NCBI GenBank assembly: GCA_951406725.2
Contig: OX597823.1
Coordinates: 76,632,001-76,696,000, forward strand
Direction: 5' to 3'
Length of the DNA: 64,000 bases
Origin: Octopus vulgaris
Lineage: Eukaryota
The notes beneath the pieces are model-generated. The model had not been told where the DNA came from, ran no database searches, and saw nothing but the letters and a program-made list of their open reading frames with translations. Positions within the stretch are counted from its first letter, which is position 1, and every line of letters starts with the position of its first letter. Both the position numbers and the translations under genes were made by a program. Of the stretch, positions 40,801 to 49,560 are shown piece after piece.

Positions 40801-41199
40801 GGATTTTGACGTGCCAAGAAACTTCTCCAAGCCTCGATAAAAATCAGTCTGACCCGTATTAGGTGCATACACCGCCACCAGCCTGATTTCTTTACCACAA
40901 CTGAACGTCAGATCTAAGACGACCAGCCTACCTTCTGAATCAGAAAAAATCAACTTTTTCTCTGCGACACTATCTTTTTTAAGCAGAACCAACACCCCAC
41001 TCCCGCCCACATGCCGTCCAGGAGAAATAAATTTCTCGTAGCCTTCCTTGAGCGGGAGTAGATCTCTTGGCCCTTCGATTCGTGTCTCAGTAGCGACAAT
41101 TACATTTAAGTTCCGCGCCCTGATATCGTTTAGAAAACGACCTTGTTTCCAGTTCGCTACCAGGACGCGCACATTTATGCAACCAACGTAAACAGCCAT
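37813..41199 (-). CDS. E5 ORF2: APE endonuclease, reverse transcriptase and C-terminal zinc finger (1128 aa)
   Basis: APE motifs INVR, ATET, VYAP, GDFN, YIDR, SDH; RT motifs KAPGIDG, FRPITLLN, LDQSKAFDRV, QGCPLSP, YADD; CPRC..H..C. Confidence 0.95.
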   Translation of the reverse strand: MAVYVGCINVRVLVANWKQGRFLNDIRARNLNVIVATETRIEGPRDLLPLKEGYEKFISPGRHVGGSGVLVLLKKDSVAEKKLIFSDSEGRLVVLDLTFSCGKEIRLVAVYAPNTGQTDFYRGLEKFLGTSKSIVMLGDFNAIVDARVDGIGSKDRKPNAGFRDLLSHFQLVDPYRLEFPNAPQWTWLSGDGSIGSYIDRIFIRKIDKGLVKCPQFHTVSYSDHRMVTGELNLDKLGSRGSGYWKLNKSLLAIEEYRKRIELVVKRALTGSIINNKWWYALKRAIKYESVRYSIGLATSGRKKEMGLVKALEEAMRAGDGAQVRLKRLELNQHLEAQHMGCIVRARIRAMGCVGIKAAGWARVVEAQRGNDSTIKSVTNGRGDVITEPEEMCRTFQEHFARLFGGDGGPEERVDLTDILAGLPRLSGQDAESCEASISPEEIAEVLADCGEGKAPGIDGLPYEIYKRMPDLFGNVLAGVFTNWRQNGFIPRSVRRGVVTLIRKDPSKGDNIDNFRPITLLNTEVKILAKVLAKRLTRVAGGLIRKAQTCAVPGRTIQDNLHLVRYTIERFGNDSGKGGALVHLDQSKAFDRVNHRYLVSVLAQFGLGIGFLRWIIQLYDNIDSIVRVNGFLSRPFRIKQSVRQGCPLSPILYVMALEPLLRKLSAIPMNPGGGGSVTSYADDITIIVTEVELLRNVGDAIKAYETVTGAKINREKSVGLQLGTWRGKSMPSNSIVGCWTEGPVKLLGIWFGPGLQIEKNWSEVSGKVAHAVGTWSGRWLSLKGRAEVANVFLASVITYRLTVVPCPDSWLSKLERQIFHFLWKGSAPLVRRSICCQKPLKGGLGMPWLMMRRDALRLRHLWLYLDGERVWSPLAKQMFPSFVSFGGRETWFRRRLRSSMWYSECHKALCHFRKSGNAGGFGTTAAFYSRLVEAGNDDALGRTLGLDRNQLDSLFRRTFGPKTLDNFQKSLTWQCFRGALPVRDKLTRHGWSGPSNCPRCERDLETVSHAIVQCPKISDVWVYAEHLLSDGRRVQLSAETIIKIDSPSFLTSEGKHCFLSTVAVAKECIWKTRMKAVTTGTVISGSALVTYFRFHLKRKVELEKRCLSACEFDKIWKRVARLLRVRGAT

Positions 41200-41211
41200 A
41201 GTTTGCCTACC

Positions 41212-42543
41212 TTATTTCCTCTGGGTCCGGCCGGCGGGGGGACCCGTCTCTTCTGCCTCAGATGAACGTGGACTCGGCGCGTTGTTGTTCTTTCTTTCTG
41301 CATCCTTCAGGGCATCCTCCTTGCTCATTCTGGGTGTGCCTACGTCTTTTCTAAAGTCGTTTGCATACGTGTTGAACCCTTTCAGTCCCATCACGTAGCA
41401 TCTCCAGCCTCCACCTTTCGCTTCCATCTCCACCTCCTCGACGTGTTGAGTCTCCACTCTGCGTACCACTTCTCTGTTTGCGGTATTCATCGCCACATAC
41501 ACCCTGTTCTCCCTCTCCGGCTTCTTCGCCTTCTTTACTTCTCTCTTCTCTTTGCTTATAATTTTCTCCGGGGAGGGGTTGTTGTGCTTTCGTTTTGTCG
41601 CAGCAACCTGTGACCACCCCTCCCCTACTTCTGTTGCGGCTGTCGTTTCTGTAGCCGCCACTTGAGCACTTGGTTTTGTGGGTACGCTCTTTTCCTTCTC
41701 CGCCGGCTTACAGTCCTTTTTGATGTGGCCCTTCTTGCCACAGGTGAAACACCTGGGCTTCCGGCCCTCCACCATTACTGCCATCCGGCTCTCTCCTATT
41801 TCGATGACCTCGCCTATCTCATCCAAGGCGACCTGCTCTGCCTGTACAATAATTTGTACTTTCTGTCCATGCCACTTTTTGGCTTCTACCACCGTGGCAT
41901 CACGCACTTCCATTTGGTCTTCCAGTCCTGCAGTGACCCCAGCCACTATCAGTTCGGGCTCGATCTCCGGCGGTATGTTGGCAACCGTAATTTTTGAAAT
42001 ACGCCTTCCTCTATAGATAGGTAGAAGGGTTATTGTGCCTGTTTTTAGGGGCTTCATTGAATGTTCCCTAGCTTCTTCTTCTGTCTTGAACCTAGTTTCC
42101 ACAGTTCCGTACCTCTTACCCCTGGTTAAAAATGTGATTTTATCCCAGATGGGTAGTAGGCACGCCTCCACTTCCTTTTCCGACGAAAAGTCTATTTTCC
42201 TTTCTATGTTACGGTATGTTTTGAATATTACCGTTCTCTTCTCTATCTCTTCGAGAGATTCTTTCATCTGGTTTAGTTTAATCTTGTACCCGTCTCGAGA
42301 CACTATCTTCTTCGCTTCTTCCACCCTGGTTAGGTTAATCCTTCTTTCCTTCGGACTAGCTGCCTCGGCGAAGTTTAGCACCTTCCTTGCCATGCTTGGC
42401 ACATCTATACTCTTTCTGACTCTCCCACTTTCCTCCTCGTCCGAGAAAATGTCGGGTATAGCCATTATTCCTTCCAGGTTGGACATCTCTGGACTAAGGA
42501 CCTGGGTTTGGACTTCCGCTCTGTCCGCCTTCGGGCTGGCCAT
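41212..42543 (-). CDS. E5 ORF1
   Basis: Open frame from the ATG at 42543 (the ORF track starts at GTG 42573); CFTCGKKGHIKKDC knuckle. Confidence 0.88.
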   Translation of the reverse strand: MASPKADRAEVQTQVLSPEMSNLEGIMAIPDIFSDEEESGRVRKSIDVPSMARKVLNFAEAASPKERRINLTRVEEAKKIVSRDGYKIKLNQMKESLEEIEKRTVIFKTYRNIERKIDFSSEKEVEACLLPIWDKITFLTRGKRYGTVETRFKTEEEAREHSMKPLKTGTITLLPIYRGRRISKITVANIPPEIEPELIVAGVTAGLEDQMEVRDATVVEAKKWHGQKVQIIVQAEQVALDEIGEVIEIGESRMAVMVEGRKPRCFTCGKKGHIKKDCKPAEKEKSVPTKPSAQVAATETTAATEVGEGWSQVAATKRKHNNPSPEKIISKEKREVKKAKKPERENRVYVAMNTANREVVRRVETQHVEEVEMEAKGGGWRCYVMGLKGFNTYANDFRKDVGTPRMSKEDALKDAERKNNNAPSPRSSEAEETGPPAGRTQRK

Positions 42544-42962
42544 TATTGGCCTACCCCTCCTCAGCGTCTTCACTGAAATTGGTCAAATAAATTTGACTAA
42601 CGAAAAAAACCAACTTACTTTCTTTTTTTTCTTTTTGTTTTTGTTTTTAGTAGCAACAGTGACTTTATATAGGTGCCGACCAGGCGGGACAAAACATTCG
42701 CGTCAAAAATGAATAAGTGATTTTATTATTACCCACAAGGGGCGAACATAGAGGGGACAAAACAATCTGATTTGGGGTCAGACATACGAATGGTTTTTAC
42801 ACAAAAACGGTTTTAAAAATATCATGAAATTACAAAAATACACACAAAATCGGATGATGGAATAGACCGGAAGACATTACAGATGGAGTGGGTGCGGGTT
42901 CAGCTCGGACCCCACGAGCCCCGCCTCCCCACCGACACCCTTGGTTGCACTTGGCATTACAT

Positions 42963-45900
42963 CTACGTTGTGACTCTCACTCGCAACCATCGTGCCACAT
43001 CCCTCCATCGCTCCTCATACACTCTCCTAGTCAGGCGTATTCTCTCCAGCCCTATCTTCCTTTTCAGGTGAAAGATGAGGTAATTCATCAAACCAGGGCC
43101 GGAGATGAACTTGCCTGACTGTAAACCCCTCATTCCCGTCCTCCACATCACCTCCCTCGCAATTGCCACCACAACGAGAAAACGAAACCTACCCTCATTC
43201 ACGAGGAAATCCGGTGGGTCAACCCTTGCAATCGACTCAGTCGACAGCTGCACTCCTCGTGTACCCGACAACAGCTGTTCGGCATAAACCCACACCTCAG
43301 ACACGTCCGGACAATGAACAATAGCGTGCGGGACGGTTTCCCTATCCCGCCCGCATCTTGGACATATCGGACTGTCTTGGCCACCGTGCCTTGCGAGTTT
43401 ATCCCGAACAGGTAGAGCTCCTCTGTAGCACTGCCATGCCAAAGACTTCCGGAAGCTGTCCAGCGTCCTCGGCTCGAACGCACGTCGGAACAGACTGGCC
43501 AGCTGATTGTCGTCGAGACCTAGGGTTTCCCCCAAGGTATCTTCACATTCCGCCTCTACCAACCCTCTATAGAAGAGTGTGGTGGAACCCCCACCGCAGG
43601 CGTTGCCCGAGCGACGGAATAGCAGGAGAGCCTTGCGACACTCCGTGTACCAAGTACCAAGTTTCGATCTACGATTCAGCCAGGTTTCCCATCCACCGAA
43701 ACTAGTGAACTTGGGAAACATCAGTTTTGCTAGCGAAGACCACACCCGTTCACCATCCAGGTAGAGCCACAGATGTCTTAACCTCAGCGCATGTCTGCGC
43801 ATCATCAGCCAAGGCATCCTTAGCCCACCCTTTAACGGTTGTTGACAGCAAGTAGAGCGTTTCACAAGTGGTTTCCCGCCCTTCCACAAGAAGTAGAAGA
43901 GCTGTCTTTCCAACTTGATCAACCACGAATCAGGGCAAGGAACGACGGAAAGGCGGTAGGTGATAACCGATGCGATGAACACATTGGCCACCTCCGCCCT
44001 CCCTTTCAGGGATAGCCACCGCCAAGACCAGGTCTTGGCTACTGCAGCCACCTTGCTCGTTACCTCGCCCCAATTCTTCTCTATTTGGAGGTCTGGACCG
44101 AACCAGACCCCTAGCAGTTTAATCGGACCCTCCGTCCAACGTCCCACGACGCTGTCAGGAGGCATCGACTTGCCTCTCCAGGTGCCGAGTTGCAAGCCGA
44201 CTGACTTTTCGCGATTAACTTTTGCTCCTGTCACCGTCTCGTAAACCTCTATGGCCTTGCCTACTTTACATAGGTGGTCCATTTCGGTTACGATGATGGT
44301 GATGTCATCCGCGTACGCTGACACTGATTTTCCGTTACCTGGCTGTCTCGGGATGCCGCTCAGTTTTCGCAGTAATGGCTCAAGAGCCATCACGTACAAA
44401 AGCGGGGAGAGCGGACACCCTTGACGAACCGAGCGTTTGATTTTGAACGGCTTCGACAAGAAGCCGTTCACCCGAACTACCGAGTCGATGTTATCGTAAA
44501 TTTGGATAATCCACCTGAGGAAGCCAAGGCTCAGCCCGAACTGTGCCAGGGCAGATACCAGGTAACGATGGTCGACCCTATCAAAAGCTTTAGATTGGTC
44601 TAAATGGACCAGAGCCCCACCCTTGCCAGAATCACTATTAAACCCCTCTATAGTGTACCGCATTAGATGGAGATTATTCTGAATGGATCTGCCCGGAACG
44701 GCACATGTCTGTGCCTCTCCGATCAGACCATCCGCGACACGCGCCAATCTTTTCGATAACACTTTGGCCAAAATCTTCAACTCTGTGTTTAGCAGAGTGA
44801 TGGGCCTGAAATTATCAATGCACTCCCCCTTGCTCGGGTCCTTTCTGACGAGAGTCACTACTCCCCGGCGCACAGATCTGGGTATAAGCCCGTTCTGCTG
44901 CCAGTTCGCGTAGACCTCCGCCAGTAGGTGCCCGAACAAGTCTGGCATACTCTTATATAACTCATAGGGTAGACCATCCAAACCCGGCGCCTTGCCCGCA
45001 CCGCAGTCCGCCATTGCCTCAACCACCTCCCCAGGCGTGATTGGCCCTTCACAGCCCTCCGCATCTCGCCCCGATAAGCGCGGCAGACCGTCGAGTAGGT
45101 CCGTAAAGGCCCTCCTCCTATCCAGCCCGCCGCACTCACCGAAAAGCTGAGCGAAGTGCTCCTGAAAGGCCTCACACATCTCCTCGGGTTCGTTTATCAA
45201 CTCACCTTGTTGGTTCGTCAAAGATCGAATCGTGGCATCGTTACCATGCTGAGCTTCCACCACTCGGGCCCATCTCACGGCGTTGATTCCTTCACATCCC
45301 ATATGACGGATTCTAGCCCTGACAATGCAGCCCATGTGTTTGGCCTCGAGGTGCTGGTTTAACACCAGTCTCTTGGCCGCCACCTGAGCCGCAGAGCCAG
45401 TTTTCATGGCTTCCTCTAATTCCTTAACTAGAGTAGTTTCCCTTCTAGCCTCTCTAGCCACTACTCCTATGCTATATCTAATAGACTCAAACTTGATGGC
45501 TCGTTTGAGGGCGTACCACCATTTGTTATTAATGATGGTACCGGATAGTGCCCTCTGAATTATGTTCCTAATCCGGTCTTTGTACTCCTTAATCGCCAAA
45601 ATGGACGTATTAAGTTTCCAGTAACCGGATCCTCTATTTTTAACCTTATCTATGTCAAGCTTACAAGTGACCATTTTATGATCACTGTAGCTGATCGGGT
45701 AAAACTGTGGACACTTAGCTATTTTACTGTCTACTTTTCTAATTAGTATTCTATCTAAATATGACCTGGAAGATCCGTCGCTGTTTGACCATGTCCACAA
45801 TGGAGCGTTCGGAAATTCCAGCCTGTAAGGATCTGCTAGCTCAAAGCGGCTTAGCAGTTCCATGAAGCCACTGTTACCTTTCCTATCTGGACGCGAGCCA

Positions 45901-46358
45901 ACACAATCTACATCCGCTTTGCAAATTGTGTTAAAGTCTCATAGCACCACTAATGAATGCGAAGTACCAAGAAAGTTTTCTAGTTCACGAAAATAATCAC
46001 TTTGCCCTGTACTGTTGGGTGCGTAAATTGCAACCAGTCTGATAACTTTACCGTTACTGAACGTCAAATCCATGACGACCAGCCTACCTTCTGGATCTGC
46101 AAAAATTAACTTTTTCCCAGAAACCCGGTTTCTTTTTAATAGGACCAACACCCCACTCCCGCCTGTAGGACTGCCAGGAGAGAAAAAACTCTCGTAGCCG
46201 TCAAACAGCGGGAGTAGACCTCTTGGCCCCTCTAACCGGGTTTCTGTAGCAACAATGACATCTAAACTACGCGACCTGATATCATGCAGGAAGCGACCTT
46301 GCTTCCAGCCTGCTCCCAGGCCGCGCACATTTAAACAACCAACATAAATGTAATCCAT
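42963..46358 (-). pseudogene. E6 ORF2 with TGA at 45939-45941 (GGA of GDFN) and an A-to-G cluster at the 3' end
   Basis: 139 aa and 966 aa pieces in the same frame. Confidence 0.9.
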
Positions 46359-46372
46359 TACTTACCTTTATA

Positions 46373-47675
46373 TCAGTGGTTCGGTTTTTTCCTCTTCTTC
46401 CTTCTCTTTTTCTGGGCCTCGTGGGGAGTCTGACGCAGGCCCTCGAATATATATGGAGATGTTATATCCATTCTGAGAGGGCCTACGTCATGGAAAAATT
46501 CGGACTTTATCCGTCCGTAATCCTTCCGGCCTATTCTGTACAAAACATAATCGTTTTTCTTCCCTATTTTTTCTACTTTGGCCATCGCTGCCAACACATT
46601 TCCAAGTCTATTGTTCGTGGCCTTAACGGCCATAAATGAGTTCAATGACTCCCTTTTTTTTTTTTTGGTTTACTTTGGGAGGGGTGGTTTCAGTTTTTCT
46701 TTTTTTCCTGGTGATTTTTGACCACCCCTCCTCCTTTTTCGTTTCCTCGCTCTTTTTTTCTTCCTCCGTTGGTTCCGCTGCCTTTGTCACCTCCACACCT
46801 TCAGTCGTCCCTCCTGGGCCGACCAGCGCTGTTTCTGACGACACGGCTTCTTCTTTTCCACTTGGCTGAGCTGCTTCCTGCGGTTTGGGTTGGGGCTGGC
46901 ATTCTGCCCTTACATGCCCTTTCTTACCGCAGCCGAAGCACCTCGGCTTTCTGCCTTCTACGAAGACTGTGACTCTTTCATCTTCGCTTATCTTTAGAGT
47001 CTCTGGGATCTCTTCCAGGGTTTGTACTTCTGCTTGTATGGCTATTATTATTTTTTGCCCTTTCCAGAATTCTTCTTCTTCTACGGTGGCCTGGAGGATG
47101 TTTATTTTTTCCTCCAGGCCTACCATAACTGCTGCCACCAGGACTTCGGCATCCGCTTCTGGCGGAATGTTATTCATTGTGATCTTGGAAGTTCTCTTGC
47201 CTTTATACAGGGGTAGGAGAACAATATCCTCTGCTTTTATGGGTTCCATTGATAGCTTCTTTGCTACTTCCTCTGACGTGAATCTCACCTCCACTGTGCC
47301 GAATTTCTTCCCTCGATTGATATATGTTATTTTATCCATAATCGGCTTTAAGCAGTTTTCGATCTTTTTCTCCTCTATTTTTTGTATTGCTCTGCTTGTT
47401 ATACTGAATGTCTTATAGATTATTCTCCTATTCGAAATTTCCTCCTGTATTTGGGCGTTTGAAGCTACGGTTACTTCCGTGCCTTCTTTCGACACACAGT
47501 CCGCATGTTTTCCCAGGTTGTCCACGTTGATTTTTTTAATTTTCTTCCCAGCTACTTCAGAAAATTTTCTCGCTGGTACTGGAATGTCTTTTTCCTTTGG
47601 CGACCCCGCCCCTTTTTTCTTTGGCGACACCGCCGGTGATCCTGCATCACTTGAATTCGAGATAGGGGATTCCAT
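46373..47675 (-). pseudogene. E6 ORF1 with a frameshift in a homopolymer near 46660 (possibly a sequencing error)
   Basis: 350 aa and 90 aa pieces; CFGCGKKGHVRAEC. Confidence 0.8.
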
Positions 47676-47934
47676 CTCTGATAACTGGCTTTAACAAGCC
47701 CTTGGCACACCCAAGATAATGATAGTTCTTTCCCCCACGGAGGGGGGAAACACCAACACGAAGCCCTCGCACGAAGGCCGACTTCAACAGTTTTACAACA
47801 ACACAGACACAGCTAGACAACAGTAGATCACAATGGAGAAAATATACACAATATAATAACTTACTATACACGCAAAAAATTGATTTCAGACCGGTGTTCA
47901 ATATGAATAAGTGTCATTATATCACATCCATATA

Positions 47935-48060
47935 TCGCAGTTGTCTATTCAATACAAATGTCTCAGTCCATTTTAGTCACATGGGGGTGGTTGGAATCTA
48001 TACATTTTTTCACTATTTATGCTATTTTATCATCAGTGTTTTTTCTTAAATGCTACATTT
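47935..48060 (-). pseudogene. Penelope-like RT C-terminal remnant
   Basis: RKNTDD..DSNHPHVTK on the minus strand; homologous to 13240-13310. Confidence 0.4.
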
Positions 48061-48599
48061 CTCTTATCTTTCCTCTCAGTTCAAACTCATTCCTGCTTCA
48101 TCCTCCTCCTCTCCATGGTTCCTTTCACAATGAAATTACACCAGCACACCAACCTCCTTCACTATCTCACACTACTACACGACCATACTTGCGCACCTAA
48201 ACATACACAAAAATCAACACACATACACACACCTCCAGCTTTTCTCGTCTCAAAGCGTTAATACCATCCTATACCTGCACCACTCTGCCTTCTTTTTCAT
48301 TCCTAACGGTCCCACCCTATAGAACCACATATCTAACTGGTCCCTGATGGGTTTTTTTTATTTTTGTCACCATCTTTTGCTATTCTTTTATTTCTTCTGA
48401 TGAAGGACTAACATCTCAAACGTCAGGTCACTTTTCTTTCTTTTTAAGCACTAAACTAATACATTTGTTAAAACTTATCCCGCCACTGTTGTCTTCTTTT
48501 TGTGTTCATTGCCTAATATGCTCCCTACACACACACGTACATACATATACACACTTATGGATATTTACATATATGTTCATTCTACTATTCATTTCAGTA

Positions 48600-48920
48600 A
48601 AGGCTCAGTGGTTAGTGTCGAGCTTATGATTGCGAGGTTGTGAGTTCGAATCCCGGACCGGGCTGCGTGTTGTGTTCTTGAGCAAGACACTTTATTTCAC
48701 GTTGCTCCAGTTCACTCAGCTGTAGAAATAAGTTGCAACGTCACAAGTACCAAGCTGTATCGGCCTTTCCCTTATACAACACTGATGACGTGGAGAGGGG
48801 AGGCCGGTATGCACGGGCGACAGCTGGTCTTCCATAAACAACCTTGCCCAGACTTGTGCCTGGGAGGGTTATTTCCTAGGTGCAATCCCATGGCCAGTCA
48901 TGGCCGAAGGGGGTTTCAAT
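48600..48920 (+). mobile_element. tRNA-derived SINE family D
   Basis: A/B-box-like head (cagtggttag..gagttcgaatccc) plus ttgagcaagacactttatttcacgttgctccagt, shared with 58121 and 61473. Confidence 0.65.
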
Positions 48921-49289
48921 CAACTATTCATTTCACAATGTCTTTTTTTTATTAGTGTCAGAAAAGATATCTTGGAGCATCGTTGCAGTTCTTTATTTTT
49001 GGCTTTGCATTTCATCATTGCAGGATTTAATAAAATAAATTTCCAACTGAATATTAGGGAGTGATTGTATTGCTATATGAAATCTTAGATATAAATAGAA
49101 TTATATAAGAATTTTAGCAGTTGTCCTATGAAGTTGTGGAATTCAGTATTTTATTTGGAAGCATGTACTGGCATCAGGGATTGATTGCAGCTGCAGAATA
49201 ATGCCTGAAGAAGTGTTGGCCAATCCTTGCCAGAGTAGAAAAAGGAAAAATAAAACCAAAATAAAAATTCTAATTTACATAGAGATACA

Positions 49290-49560
49290 GATGCCTTGTA
49301 AGTAAATTTGGTAAATGGAAACTGTGTGGAAATTTGTCCTATATTTGTGTGTATGTTTCTTTGTGTTTGTCTCTCACTACCACTTGTCTGGTATTGGTTT
49401 GTTTATGTCTTCATAACTTAGAGGCTCAGCTAAAGAGGATACTGGGATAAGGATAAAATTTTTAAAAACGGAGTACTAGAGTAGCTCAGTCTGACTAAAA
49501 CCCTTCAAGGCAGTGCTCTATTATGGCCACTTTCCAAACACTGAAACAATCAATGATTTA
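49290..49560 (+). mobile_element. Highly decayed SINE A
   Basis: Diverged match to the SINE A body and tail. Confidence 0.45.

Larger units (their letters stand above)
37549..42719 (-). mobile_element. L1/Tx1-like element E5 (subfamily II), structurally intact
   Basis: Both ORFs open; conserved termini. Confidence 0.96.
42720..47902 (-). mobile_element. L1/Tx1-like element E6 (subfamily III ORF2, distinct ORF1), flanked by an 11-bp direct repeat
   Basis: ATGAATAAGTG at 42709-42719 and 47903-47913; each ORF has one lesion. Confidence 0.95.

Noticed and set aside
17687-47418. Recurrent plus-strand ORFs antisense to ORF1/ORF2
   Set aside because: Short shadows of GC-rich coding sequence, repeated because the elements are homologous.
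16494-47902. Array as a segmental tandem duplication or assembly stutter
   Set aside because: Units belong to different subfamilies in non-periodic order and carry private lesions.
48600-48660. tRNA-like sequences (also 13085, 58121, 58362, 61473)
   Set aside because: SINE heads continuing into SINE bodies; no complete cloverleaf.
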